Of a stretch of 64,000 nt of DNA, positions 14,711-36,276 are shown in pieces. Source of the DNA: the human T2T-CHM13v2.0 reference genome, Homo sapiens; assembly GCF_009914755.1 (NCBI RefSeq), contig NC_060941.1. One strand, 5' to 3'. The notes beneath the pieces are model-generated. The model ran no database searches, had not been told where the DNA came from, and saw only the letters and a program-made list of their open reading frames with translations. The translations under genes and the position numbers were made by a program. Each line of letters starts with the position of its first letter. Position 1 is the stretch's first letter.

Positions 14711-15295
14711 GAGTTCAGCTTTATTCCAGTTTACATAGTCTACAGTGTCCCTCAGGCTGGCAGAGATGGAGAAATTAAAGAGTATGAGTATGGACTTCTG
14801 AGTCAATGAGACCTGCATCTGTATCCCAGCTCTATTTGTTACCTGTGACTTCAGCATTTACTAACCTCTCGATCCCCGTTTCCACTTTTATAAAATGGAA
14901 ATGACAGTGCCTTCCTTACAGGGCTGCCCTGATGATTCCAGGAGGCAGTGCGGGTACGTGGCTTACTTCTGAGCTTGGCGTATGGTCACAGCTTGATAAT
15001 TATTACTCATATCGATAATGGAATTTGGTATTCAATTTTAGTATTTTTTCTCCACACTCTGAAGAAAAGCTCCTGACTCTCAGCTAGGTGCAGGGGATGC
15101 CAGAAACTATACCTACAATGAAACCTTATAGAGATGATGGCAGGAACAGAAATATCCATCCTTCCAACCCTCAAGTCAGAAGCCAAAGTATAAACCACAC
15201 ATGTATAGCTTCAAGTTGGTTACTGAGTGCATTTTCCCAACTTAGATATTGCAGAATTAACAAGAGCTGTGTGGAGAATATAAAATGGGACGTAC

Positions 15296-15397
15296 AATAA
15301 CGGCCATATGAGGCATTCATAGGTACTGGTGATGCAGATCATCGTGGGTCCCAGAATGTCAGGTACAATCCAAAATCCTCGAATTGGAGCTGGCTGC
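15296..15397 (-). CDS. NUP88: NUP88 exon 10 [33 protein letters not shown]
   Basis: GT-AG boundaries, 102 nt. Confidence 0.94.
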
Positions 15398-16529
15398 CTG
15401 GAAAAACACAGTCATAGTTAAATTACAAAGCAGCAAATGCAATGGAACCAAGAGCAAAGACATGACAGGTCCGCGGCCTTCTCAGGCCTGGGCTGAAGTT
15501 GCTTGGGACATCCTATCAGTACCATAACCTCAAAAGTGGTGGCTTGGAAACCTTTAATGCAGCTCCACACTAAAGTCTAGAGCCCATGTGACTAAGTCAC
15601 TCAGGAATCCCTAACTGTAGCGTGCTGCTGACTGTAATCTCAAAAGTTACACGTTACACTGAAGATCTCTCCAACTTGCACATAAGCCCCAGCTATCTTT
15701 GTTTGCCTAGCCCAGTGCTAACAAATTAAGTGCTTAGAAACTGTTGAATGAACAGAACTACCGAGTCTCTCTCAATGAGGCCCAATGTCAATGTCACAGG
15801 AAATCACTTGGCACGCACAGCGTGTATCTCTCTCAGTCTTCCTTCCCACTTCAGTGAAGACACTGGAAACTGAGACCTCAGATGGGAACTGTCATTCTGC
15901 CAACATGCTCTCCTAGCGGCTCCCATGCCCATCCCACCTGCATGCCTACAACACACATCTGCCCCCGAATGTGGATGCCGCCTCCTCTCACACCTTCTGA
16001 AAATTGTACCATCAACTGTGTCGTTTCAAAATCTCCCTATTATCTACTTCCCCTCAGCTTGCAAACTCATGTCTCTTCCATTTAAAATACTCTCATTTCA
16101 ATATAATGTCCAGTTCCCCTTAACCTATTCTTTCTCGCCATCCCTTTAGAACCAGCAGTCTTTAAACAGCAGTTGAAAACACTAGTTCCCCTTCCATAGC
16201 TCCCATTTACCTTTTTGGACAAGACATGGAGACGATATCTGGAAGGTTGTAAACTTTAACTTTTTATTATCAGTGTGAAATCTACACACTACTGGGCTAT
16301 ACACTATGTAACCAGTATCCAGGTCAAGAATCAGGACACTGCAGGGGGCCTCAGGGTTCCCATGCGACCTTCCCTGGTCATAGCCTTTCACTCCCCAGAG
16401 AAGTAGCCGCTACTCTGACATTCATAATATCATGTCTTTGCTTTGCTTTATAGTTTTCCTATCTATGTATTCACTCCTAGGCAAGACTGTTTAATTTTAC
16501 CTGTTTCTGAAATTGATATAAATGGGATT

Positions 16530-17470
<941 letters not shown>

Positions 17471-18625
17471 TCACTGTTCACTTTTCAAGCTGGTACAGTT
17501 TGCTATCCTTCTCATTCCCCACCAAGCGTTTTCCCTGTGGTCCTCTGTATTGCCAAACCTAGATTATGTCTATTTCTTAGTGTATGCTATTTGTCTCATG
17601 TCTGTGTATACTCCATGTCTAACAGAGTGCTTATGAGATATCTAGTAATTGATGAACAGAATAAAGGGAGGTATCTAGAATACCTTCCAGGTTTCTACTG
17701 GGGATAACTGGGGTGATATGGCACCCTTCAGAAAAATGGGACACAGGAGAGAGAGCAGATTTGGAAAGACAGAAGATGAGTTAAGGGGACATCTGGAGTT
17801 TTATGTTCCTATAGGATATCCAAGTGGAGGAGCCCAGTAGGCAGCTGGGTATGTGAATCTGGAGTTCAGAGTGGTCTGGGCTAGGGCGATATGGATGCGG
17901 GAACTGTCAGCACTGAAGCCATGATTACGGCAGAAGTTACTCAGGAAAGGACCTAGAAAGAATAGAGAAGACCCAAGGAAAGAGTTGTGAGCATTACTTA
18001 TAAGCAGTGAGTAGAGGCAGAGGAACCCGCCCAAGAAGGAAACTTGAGAAAAGGGCTGCTGGCGGGACTGAAGGAGAACCTGGAGGGACAGACGTCAAGG
18101 ATGCCAAGGAGAATGTGTTTCAAAGAGGAGACATGGGCAACCACATCAAATAAACACAGCAATGCAGTGAAGGGCAGACACAGTCTCTGCTCTCATGAAA
18201 CATATACATTCCGGTAGTGGCGACAGACATTAAAAAAATGCAAATATAAATAGTGTAATATGTGCTACAATGGATAAGAGAATAGGAGAGCCCCAAGTTA
18301 GACTGGGGAGTCAAGGGTGTTCTCTGTGAAGAAGTGACATTAAGATCAGAAAGAAGGGTAGGAGTTAGCCAAGAGAAGACAGCAAGCTGGGGCTGGGGCT
18401 GGGGCTGGGGAAGGACCTTCCAGTCAGGAAACAGTATGTCGAGTGGCCCTGGAGAGGAGAAAGCTTCTGATGAGCAGGACACTCTTAGGGGAGAAGTATC
18501 ACGTCTGCAACTTTCAAATGACTCAGCAGTGAATACTGTGGATGTGAGTGTAACGGATACAAACGTATCTGAACTGCTGAAATGAACAATTGTTTTCTGA
18601 TATACAAGGGAGGGAGAGTCCTTAC

Positions 18626-18716
18626 CTGCAGGGCAATGGCTTCGTACAAAGGATGTGTTCAACAAAGCATTTCTGTTCTGTAGAGAGTTCCTGTAAACTA
18701 TCCTTATCTTCTTCAT
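18626..18716 (-). CDS. NUP88: NUP88 exon 9 [29 protein letters not shown]
   Basis: GT-AG boundaries, 91 nt. Confidence 0.94.
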
Positions 18717-19002
18717 CTACCATGGAAGACATTACATAAATGAAATGATGCTTAGACAAGTCTCCAAATTAAAATGCTAATGATATTGGGTTAAATGCAG
18801 TGAGGTTCTTGTCTGAAAACATTGCTTCTCAAGTACTATGCTTTTCTGACATAGGCATACGCTTTCCCAGGGGGTCTAGATTTCCGCCCCAAGAAGTAGG
18901 ATTTTCCTTCGTAATGTCTCTGAATGCAAAAATGTTTCACTAAGAACAGTGAAATCATTCTCTTCTAGGGTGCTGCTTACCCACACTGATTTTATTTTCA
19001 TA

Positions 19003-19262
19003 AAGGTTGAGTATCCTTTATCCAAAATGCTTGGGATCAGAAGTGTTTTGGATTTCACATTTTTTTTTTGGATTTTGGAATATGTGCATTATACTTAGTA
19101 GTTGAACATCTCTTATCTGAAAATCTAAAATCCTAAATGCTCCAATGAGCATTTCTGTTGTCATGACAGCACTCAAAAACTTTTGTAGCTCACTCAGGTT
19201 CAAGGATGGAAAAAAGAAAAGTTTTGGATTTCAAATTTTTCAGAGTAGGGATACTCAATTTA
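19003..19262. mobile_element. Tigger4/MER46-type DNA transposon MITE
   Basis: Ends aggttgagtatcc... and ...ggatactcaattt are inverted repeats; interior matches MER46 from recall. Confidence 0.75.
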
Positions 19263-19269
19263 TAACAGC

Positions 19270-20790
<1,521 letters not shown>

Positions 20791-20792
20791 AT

Positions 20793-21080
20793 GGCCAGGT
20801 GCGGTGGATCACACCTGTAATCCTAGCACTTTGGGAGGCTGAGGTGGGTGGATCATTTGAGCCCACGAGTTTGAGACCAGCCTGGGCAACACGGTAAAAC
20901 CCCATCTCTACAAAAAACACAAAAATTAGCTGGGCATGGTGGCTCACTCCTGTAGTCCCAGATACTTTGGGGGCTGAGGCAGGAGCACTGCTTGAGCCCA
21001 GGAGTTCGAGACTGCAGCAACCAATGACTGCACCACTGCACTCCCACCCAGACAACAGAGTGAGACCCTCTGTCTCTTAA
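20793..21080 (+). mobile_element. Alu (J-like)
   Basis: Alu consensus. Confidence 0.9.
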
Positions 21081-21099
21081 AAGAATTTTTTTTTTTTAA

Positions 21100-21448
21100 A
21101 TAGGGACATTACCTTGGATTATCCGGGCAGACTTAATGTTACCACAAGTTTCTTTAAAAGTGAAACAGAGTGATACAACATGAGGACTCAACCCAGCCCA
21201 CTGTTGCTGGCTGCCTTTGAAGATAGAGGAAGAGACTACAAGCCAAGGAATGTGGCAGGAGCTGAAAAAGGGTAGGAAATGCATTCTACCCTAGAGCTTT
21301 CAGAAAGGAAAACTGCTGTGCCAACTTAAGCCCAGTGAGAACCATGCAGGACTTCTAACCTACAAAACTATAAGATAACAAATTTGTCATGTTTTAAGCC
21401 ACTAAGTCTGTGATGATTTACAACAGTAGCAGTAGAAAGCCAATAACG
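21100..21448 (+). mobile_element. MLT1-type MaLR LTR fragment
   Basis: caagccaaggaatg...ttttaagccactaagt...agcagtagaaagccaata, typical MLT1 3' end. Confidence 0.75.
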
Positions 21449-21624
21449 GATTCAGTCTTTTTACCATTAAGCATTGTGTTGGTTCCAAGTTTTTTGTAGA
21501 TGAAAAGTTTCCTCACTAGTTTGAGGAAGTTCCTTTCTATTAAGTTTGTTGAGTATTTTTAACATGAAAGGCTGCTAGATTTTTTTTAACTGCTCTCACT
21601 CTGTGAATAATTGGTATTAATTCT

Positions 21625-22925
<1,301 letters not shown>

Positions 22926-23287
22926 TTTTTTTTTTTTTTTTTTTTAAAGCAAATTATCCCAGACCCTGATTGAGTCAGTTTTGGTAGTTTTTTTTTTTTC
23001 TTGGAATTTGTCCATTCCATCTAGATTATGTAAATGGCATACATTTGTTCATAATATTCCTTTATAATCTTTTATTTCTGTAAGGTCAATAGTAATATCC
23101 CTGCTTTTATTCTTGATTATAGTTAGTCTAGCTAAAGGCTTGTGAAATGTGGTTGATCTTTTCAAAGAACCTTTCGGTTTCACTGATTTTCTCTATCATT
23201 TTTCTATTCCAAACTACTTTTCTGAAATCTATTAAATCTATTTTTCCTCTGAAATCTATTAAAAGTGCAGAGAGTTAGTAAACTCAC

Positions 23288-23386
23288 CTGATCCAAGAAA
23301 TTTGTGAAGTTTATGAATCCAAGTTAGCCCAACACTATGTACACCAGCTTCATGAGTACAGTGATATCTTGAAGGACACTTGGGAT
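23288..23386 (-). CDS. NUP88: NUP88 exon 8 [32 protein letters not shown]
   Basis: GT-AG boundaries, 99 nt. Confidence 0.94.
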
Positions 23387-23577
23387 CTGCAAATGGAATG
23401 ATTAATGATACAAAGGTAGCCAGTGGATAACTAAAAAAATTTACCTCAAATTTGTTGGCTACTCCACATTAGCCTACAAACGCATTTGTTGATGGAAGGT
23501 TTTATAAAAGACTTTCATATTGTTAGGGGTTTTGAAATTTTAAAATTTGAATTCAAATTTCAAATATATTTTAAGTA

Positions 23578-23930
23578 CAGATATACCTCAGAGATACTGT
23601 GGGTTTGGTTCCAGACCATTGCAATAAAGCGAATACAGAAATAAAGTGAGTCACACAAATCTTTTGGTCTCCCAGTACATAAGAACGTTATGTTTACACT
23701 ATGCAGAAAGTTATGTTTATACTAGTAGGTACGCAATAGTGTTACGTCAAAAAATATGTACATACCTTAACCATTTTTTATTGCTAAAAAATGCTGACAC
23801 AGAGACAGCACGTGCTGTTTGAAAAATGGTGCCGATAGACTTGCTTGATGCAGGGTTGCCACATCTTTCATTTGTTAAAAAAAAAAAAAAAAAGCACTGT
23901 GAACCACAATAAAATGAGGAGGTATGCCTA
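23578..23930 (+). mobile_element. Internally deleted Tigger1 element retaining both ends
   Basis: ta|cagatatacctc ... gaggtatgccta terminal inverted repeats; both subterminal regions match Tigger1 from recall. Confidence 0.8.
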
Positions 23931-23952
23931 TGTTTTAAAAAGTATAAAAAAT

Positions 23953-28399
<4,447 letters not shown>

Positions 28400-28792
28400 T
28401 CAAACAGTACTTTCAAATTCTTAATTCCACCTCTATCCTAACAGTGCACTGTTATTCTGAAGACAAAACGTCTCTCTTCCTTTAGGAAGATGTTTGTGAA
28501 AAAAGCCAATTCAGTGATTCCAAGGCTCTTTGTATCTGTCCCTGAAGATTGCAATATAGAGACCAGAAAGTAACATGCAGACTGGTGGACCAAGTAAGTT
28601 GGGCAACCTTCTAACTTCTTTCCACTTAGACTGCTAAGTGTGCTTCAGCTACTTTTTTAACTGTTTAATTTCCAAAATATCAGAAGTTCCATAAGTAAGT
28701 TAAAATTCCTTCTCATATATTAAGCATTCATATTGGGTCAGGAACTATGCCAGGTGTTGAAGATACAAACAACCACAGCAGCCTGCACTTAC

Positions 28793-28979
28793 CGTGTGGT
28801 CATCTTCTTCTTCCCCTTCTAGCACGACACAGTGATACAGCATTCCTGATTCAGTAGCGATCACTAAGATATTGGGGACACAGGGTAAGCAGAGTACAGC
28901 ACACGCATCATAACCATAGTTATCTTCAGCCGCAGGATGCATGGGCAATGGACCCAACAGCTTTCCAATATTTCCAGGG
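28793..28979 (-). CDS. NUP88: NUP88 exon 6 [62 protein letters not shown]
   Basis: GT-AG boundaries, 187 nt; inside ORF 28745..29032. Confidence 0.96.
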
Positions 28980-29145
28980 CTAAAGAAGGAGTAAAAACAT
29001 ATTTGGGAAATGTTGACAATATGCATGCTCATCCCATAAAACCATTCTTTGACTTTGTTTTCCTCCAGCTATCATACCTTCATTATAAATGTAGTGTATT
29101 CCCAATACTCCATCTTCTCGCTTTCCCACTCAGATCCCACCACTC

Positions 29146-29367
29146 TGTGTTTCTCAACCAGAGATAATTTTGCCCTAGCGGACAGTGGCAATGTCTGAAG
29201 ACATTTTGGCTTGTCACAACTGGTTGTCACAATGTGGGGGGAGGTATTAGCATCTAGTGGTTAGAGGCTAGACAGAAGCCGCTAAACATTCCCGCACAGC
29301 ACAGCACCTCTAAAACAAACAATAATTCAGACCAAAATGTCAATAGTACAAAGGTTGAAAACCCTTG
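29146..29367 (+). mobile_element. MER20 (hAT-Charlie) MITE
   Basis: gtttctcaacc...ggcaatgtctgaagacatttt...catctagtgg...aaaatgtcaatagt...ggttgaaaaccc. Confidence 0.8.
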
Positions 29368-30406
29368 CCCTAAATTTACTATGGTTTATGCTTTCACCAC
29401 TCCACTGAAGCTACTGTGGCAAAGGTCACCTGTGAGATTTGCTAAATCCAAAATGCACTTAACCTTCTGCTGCATTTATCACTGGTTAACGACTACTGCT
29501 ACTCAACAGCTGTAACAATTCTTTCTTGTAGTTCTCTCTTCCTACCTCTTTAAACACAATTTTCTAACGTCCTTTTCTAATTTCTGTCTCTTAAATATTG
29601 GTGTTCTCCAGGATTCTGTTGTATGCTTTGACTTTTTTCAAAATACACACTTAAATGAGAGCCTGTTAAACTATGCCTCGTTTTAACTACCATCTATATT
29701 CAAAGACTACCAAATCCTTTCTTCTAAAATGTAGCTTCTCTTCAAGGCTTTGGATCCCCATATTAAATTTGATTTGACAAATACTTATTATTGAGTGCTA
29801 GATGATACTCCCAGTGAATGATGGTTTAGTTGATGAGGCAGACATTTAACCAGAATTACTATACCATGTGATAAGTGCAACAACAGAAGGATTTATGGTG
29901 TACAAAGGAATGACAAAAAGATACAAAGATAATGAAGAAAGCTATAAAAAATAAATGAGAAAAATGAGAAAGAATGATTTCTGGGAAGGGGATTGTTGAG
30001 CATTCCAAGCTAGAGATCAGTTTATGCAAAGTCCTGGAAACATGAAAGACAAAGAACTAAGAACAAGAAAACTTATTTAGTATGATGGGAGGCAAAGTAC
30101 AAGGTGGAAGGCAACGGCAAAATAGCTAGACAGACATCCAGGACTGGCTTATGAAGTACACAGTCTTGTGTGCTATGTTAAACTATTTGAAATCTATCTG
30201 CCGGGTAACAGTATATCACTAGAGGTTTAAATCAAGCGATGGAGCCTCACTTTACAAATCAGTCTGGTATTAGGGAGGAAGACATGGAAGGGTCCAAAAT
30301 GGGATTTGGGGAAACTATTTAAGAAAATAAGCCAGGCAGATGGTGAAGTAGGCAGATGATGCAGTTCTGAAGCAGGGACAGAGGAATGCAGAGAAGGGTG
30401 TATAAT

Positions 30407-30628
30407 CAGGGGTGTCCAATCTTTTGGCTTCCCTGGGCCACACTGGAACAATTGTTTTGGGCCACACAGAAAATACACTAACAATACGTGATGAGCTTTA
30501 AAAAAAAAAGAAAAGAAAAGAAAATCGCAAACAAATATCATAATGTTCTAAGAAAGTTTACAAATTTGCGTTGGGCTGCATTCAAGGCTGTCCTGGGCTG
30601 CGCGCAGCCCGTGGGTTGGACAAGCTTG
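30407..30628 (+). mobile_element. MER30 (hAT-Charlie) MITE
   Basis: caggggtgtccaatcttttggcttccctgggccacac...gggttggacaagcttg. Confidence 0.85.
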
Positions 30629-32468
30629 GTGTATACTTTCGAAAAATTTAAATCACAAAATCAATAGAAATTTGGGACTGATGAAATGTAAGGATGAAGA
30701 AAACTTTTGGGTTTTGGGCTAACGTTACTAGGCAGATCATGGTTTGGACAAATGAGGGCTCAGCAGCAAGAGGAGAAAGGGTAAGGGAAGGTACTAAAGT
30801 TACCACAAAATCCTCCTGAGATCATGTGTGAAAGGCAGAGAACATTTCTGCCAAGGAGAATGCACTCAACAGTGAATCCTCACCATTCTGTAACCTACCG
30901 AGCTCTTTCATCTTTCTAATCTTTATGGTTTTGCGTACTCTCTTCTCTCTCCTGTACCCACTTCTGATTCTGTCTAGTGAATCCTTCAAGTTCAAGCTTT
31001 TGTAATAGCATTTCCTTAAAGTCTTCCAAGATGAGCAGGCCTACTCATTTACTCCATCACACTCCTGAAGAACCCGGTGATGCCCTGAGCACATGACACT
31101 GTACTATAGTTACTGGTTTAGTTGTATGCCCTTCTGGTAGTTAAGGAACCACATGGCAGGAACCTTGCCTTCAATCTTGTATTTCCATCTTCTGCCAGAG
31201 TGGGTCCTGAATAAGTATCTGTTAAGTCGATTTACAAGCGAATAAACTCTAATGCTCAGCCCTTAGCCTTATGCCTCTGCAGTTTTCCCTCAAATTCTTA
31301 TCCTGTATAGACTCTCTCACCATGAAAGATGATTCTCATACCTCTATTTTAATTCTTCTTGTCTGTCATCATCCTGTATTTCCAACTGTCCATGGAATAT
31401 TTCCATTTTATTGGTCCAATACTATCTTACACTGATTTACTTAGAAATAAATCTTCTCCCCCAATTAGCAGCCTTTACTGACCTGTTTCTGTTCATGGCA
31501 TACTCCCTTATCCAAACAGTAACTAAGTCTTATTTATCCTTCCTTTGTTGTTATCTACTGTGTTTCATTTTTCCCTCTGTTCTATTACCACCCAAGTTCA
31601 AACTCTCATAAATGACAAGCTCAATTTTGCAAAAGCTTCTTTAAAAGTCTCTGTCCCAGTCCCCTCCCTAACCAATTGTTTTGTCCTTCTGTTCAGAAAC
31701 CATCACTGGCTTCCTACTACCCTATTCCTACAGAAAAAAAACCCACACTCACTCTTTTAACGAGGTATTTTTAATTCCAGCAAATTTTCTCGGGACAGAT
31801 ACTCCAGCTTTATCACTTAATGCTCCCTACATGAATCCTCAGCTCTAGCCCAGAATGTCTAATAAATTAAGCTTGAATGACACTTGCACTTGCTTATTTT
31901 CAGACGCTACTTTATGCTGCCCTTGACAGAAATGGTCTCACTCTTCCTTGATACTTCATTTAATCCTGAATGAGACCTTTAAGTCACACATGACACCACT
32001 CCTTCTCTACGAAAATTTCCTTAACCTCCCAGTCAGAATGATCTCTCCTTCCTCGGGGTTCTTACTGTCTGTGTACCAATACTGTGGTATGGATAGTATT
32101 TTTTCATGTGTATGTATCTTTCTCCCCACAACTGGGACATAAGATACCAGATTACCACGCCTACGTGGTGTCTTGTTCATATAAGATAAACAATAAGCAC
32201 TTGTTCGGATAACTAGAATTTGTGAACACAAATCCAGGCCTATCATAAGTGATTATCCAAGAATTCTATAGAACTTACCCAAATAATATGAAGAAATGAA
32301 AGGCCAAATGACCTGTACTAACTCTTTCTCAAAAATATGCAAGCCAAGCATGTGAAGGCTGCAACATTTCCACAGACTCAAAAACATGGCTCCCAAGTCC
32401 AGCCTCAATGATATCTACTGGAGCCCAAACTGAGTTTTCATTTCAGGTGGGTGACCACCTCAACTTAC

Positions 32469-32645
32469 CTGTGTAACAGACTGATGTATGTCAGGAAAGT
32501 CTCTCCATTTTCATATAAGATGTACAGTGGGTATGCCACTACTTCATCTTTGCCGTTTTGTCCAAATAGAGTCTTTGGGACTGCTGCCAATGGCCCAAAG
32601 TCAAATGCAACTGCTGTCTCTCCTAGAGATGCGGTATACGCCCTT
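32469..32645 (-). CDS. NUP88: NUP88 exon 5 [58 protein letters not shown]
   Basis: GT-AG boundaries, 177 nt; inside ORF 32465..32815. Confidence 0.96.
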
Positions 32646-32811
32646 CTGGAAAGAGATGTAAAAACCAACTTGTTAAAAACAAAAACAACAAAAAGTAAAA
32701 AGAAAAACAAAACAAAACAAAAACACAAAATGTCTAATAACAGGAGGTGGGTATGTATGGAATTTGTAGGCAATGGACTGAAAAGACAAAAAATGATTAT
32801 GAAGAATGTTA

Positions 32812-33169
<358 letters not shown>

Positions 33170-34437
33170 TTATTTGGTTCTACTCTCATCTTAAATAGTT
33201 TAAATACACAGATATACAAATAGCAAAAATTTATTATATACACACACATAAATGCAAAAAGGAAACAGGAAAACACATGAAAACATCAACAGTTGTCTCT
33301 GAGCAGCAGGATCCGTAAGTTCTACAAATACTCGCAAAGCACCTACTCTGTGCCAGGTACTTTTCTAGGGTCTGGGAATATGTCAGTGAATTAAACAAAT
33401 GTCCTGCCCTCTAGAGAGAGAAATACCACAAAAAGAGAAGAAATAAAGATGGAACATAAACTCAGAAAATATCATGAAAAATAAAGTAGGGTAAGAGGGT
33501 ATTGATGGAGGTGCTACTTTAGACTACTTGGTATAGGAAAGACTCTGATAAGATATTTGAGCAAAGATCTGAAGGAAGTAAGAGAGCAAGTCTGTGGTTA
33601 ACTAGGGAAGGAGCAGTTGAGGTGGAGAGCAAATGCTCTAAGGTAGAAGTGCTTAATGTCTGTGGAATGGCAAGGAGGCCAAGGTGCCTGGAGCCCAGAG
33701 AGCCAGGGCACAGAGGGAGGAATGAAGCTGGAAAGGCAATCAGGTGGCATACCTGTGGACCCTTTATAGGTAAAGACTCTGGGAAATCAATGGGGTATGG
33801 AGAGCAGGGAAGTAGAATGATCTGATTAAACTGATCTGATTAAACTTAGATTAAAGTAGAATGATGTGATTAAACTTTGGGTGCTGTATTGAAACAGGCT
33901 ATAGCTATAGGAGATTACAAAGATTTTCATTTTCTTCCTAATACTTTGATCTATTTTTCTCAATTTTCTACAGCAAATATACATTACATGTATATCAAGA
34001 AGGCAAATCATAAAACCATGCTGTTTTTATATTTAAAATTTACTGTAGTTATTCAGGAAGATTCTAGTTCAATACAAAGTTAACAAATATGGTTAAAATG
34101 AAATCACAATTTCATATAGTTGAGAGAGCAAACATCAATGCAAGATATTATCTTAGTTTCTTTATCACATAGAAAGGTGATAAAGAAATGAATGGTGGCT
34201 CAGGCCTGTAATTCCAGCACTTTGGGAGGCTGAGACGAGCAGGATCACTTGAGCCTAGGAGTTCCAGACCAGCCTGGCCAACACGACGAATCCCTGTTCT
34301 ACTAAAAATACACTTACTTCTCACATTACCAAAAGCATGCTAGTCACCTCTGAAAAACCTTGCAACCTGTTAAAATTGCATTTATAATCCCAATAAGCTA
34401 ATTAAAAAACCATTTCAAGACTCAAATAAAAACTTAC

Positions 34438-34524
34438 CCTTTATTGAGTACTAGACTTTCCTCTTCGGCTTCTGAAAGTATTATCACGTTAGTGGGTGTC
34501 TGCGGCTCACGTAGTGAGTAAATT
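34438..34524 (-). CDS. NUP88: NUP88 exon 4 [28 protein letters not shown]
   Basis: GT-AG boundaries, 87 nt. Confidence 0.94.
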
Positions 34525-35016
34525 CTAGCAACCAAAAGAGAAGAAAACCAGCACTTAAAATTCTGTTTTCATTTCCCAAAACTGCACTTTCCTCTCCATC
34601 TAGTCAGTTCTTGAGAATTTTCTAACACTTATCACAACTATTTCTTTGCAAAAATCTTGCTGTTGCAAAGTAGTCTAGTTCATTTATTCTTTAACTACAT
34701 AAGGGAGTTTCATTGGGGCCTGAAGAAATGTTCTCTATCCTTACCAATACCCTTTAACAGCCTATTCCATAACATCGCACCTCTGTCACTTCCGTCCTGA
34801 GCCCTTAGCTATACTCGCCTTGTCCAGTCATCTCACTATTGCCCCTAAGCTTGCCAGTTTTCCTTCAACTACACACATCTATCTCTGCCTATTGGACACC
34901 AAATCCCACCAGAGAAAGAACTGTATCTTATTCTTTATATGCCAACTGGCTGACAGAGTGAGTGATATTTAGCCTGCAAATCTACTTATGTGTTTGTTAT
35001 ATAAAAACCCAATATT

Positions 35017-35345
35017 GGCCAAGCACGGTGGCTCACACCTGTAATCCTAGCACTTTGGGAGGCCGAGGTGAGCAGATCACTTGAGGTCAGGAGTTCGTGA
35101 CCAGCCTGGCCAACATGATGAAACCCCGTCTCTACTAAAAATACAAAAATTATTTGGGTGTGGTGGCACACACCTGTAATCCCAGCTACTCGGGAGGCTG
35201 AGGCAGGAGAATCACTTGAACCTGGGAGGTGGAGGTTGCGGTGAGCTGGAGGCTGGAGTGAGCCAAGATCACGCCACTGCACTCCAGCCTGGGCGACAGA
35301 GCGAGACTCCATTTCAAAAAAAAAAAAAAAAACCAAACAAACAAA
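35017..35345 (+). mobile_element. Alu with a short internal duplication in the right arm
   Basis: gaggttgcggtgagctggaggctggagtgagccaag. Confidence 0.93.
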
Positions 35346-36164
35346 CCCAGTATCGTATCATCTCTATTTTCAAGGGAAAGTATAATACTGAATTTTTTTA
35401 ACCAAAATTATTTTAATTTAAAGTAACCTACATTTCACAGCATATAAGGCTATTGTGAAAAAGGGAATTTTCAAAAGGCCAGTAATGTCATTTTAGAAAT
35501 CCAGTGTCCCTTATAATCACTTATTTTGTCTGACGCCACTAAGAATTTTTTAACTTGGTTTCTTCCAATATCAATAAAATGCCACATTAAGTATTTAATA
35601 AATTTTTAATGATAACTTGATCCATTTGAATACACATTTATTACAGTCTTCCTAGGTTCCTACAAGCGTTACTAACTTCAAAATACACATAAATACTAGG
35701 CAATAATGTTGTACTGGGGAACAGTGAAAGAAAAAGAAGGTGCAACAGGGCATTCGGTGAAAATTTCCTTTTGCTCTGAAACTGCCCAAAATCTCCAAAG
35801 CTTAGGAAAACAGAAGTGTTAAATACCACATATTTTAAAAAAGAACCTTCAATATTTGGGGCCAGATACTTCCTTTGGGGCTTAAGAACTGTACCTATGC
35901 TATCTTCCCACCATCTCCTTTTCCATCATAGCATATAAAAGGAAGACTAAGAAGAGAGGATGTCAAAGATTCCTTAGGAGTACAGTATAATGTTTGTAAT
36001 GGGAAGATTTTCCCTCTCCTCTTTCTCTGCCCTGAACTCTAAAGCCAAATGGGTGGGCAGGGAAGGCTCTAGGAAACAGCCAGATGTGGAGGTACCTGTA
36101 ATAAGGGAGACTGGTGCATTTCCTAGCTGAATGCCCCTTAGTCACTTAGTAGCTGTCTCAGTTA

Positions 36165-36276
36165 TAAGATCGAAAAAACATAGCAATACACACGTATCAC
36201 GTTCAGTACTATCTACAGTTTCAGGCATTCACTGGGGGGTCTTGGAACACACACCCTGCAGATAAAGTATACTGTA
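36165..36276 (+). mobile_element. MER44/Tigger7-type end fragment
   Basis: gttcagtactatctacagtttcaggcattcactggggggtcttggaac. Confidence 0.65.

Noticed and set aside
18120-18716. 198-aa minus-strand ORF
   Set aside because: Starts in an alternative frame of NUP88 exon 9 and runs into intron and repeat sequence; its PQPQ stretch is just the GGGGCT repeat.
33811-33876. Degenerate repeats of TGATCTGATTAAACT resembling homeodomain/DUX sites
   Set aside because: Not a consensus match; best explained by local slippage duplication in an old LINE relic.
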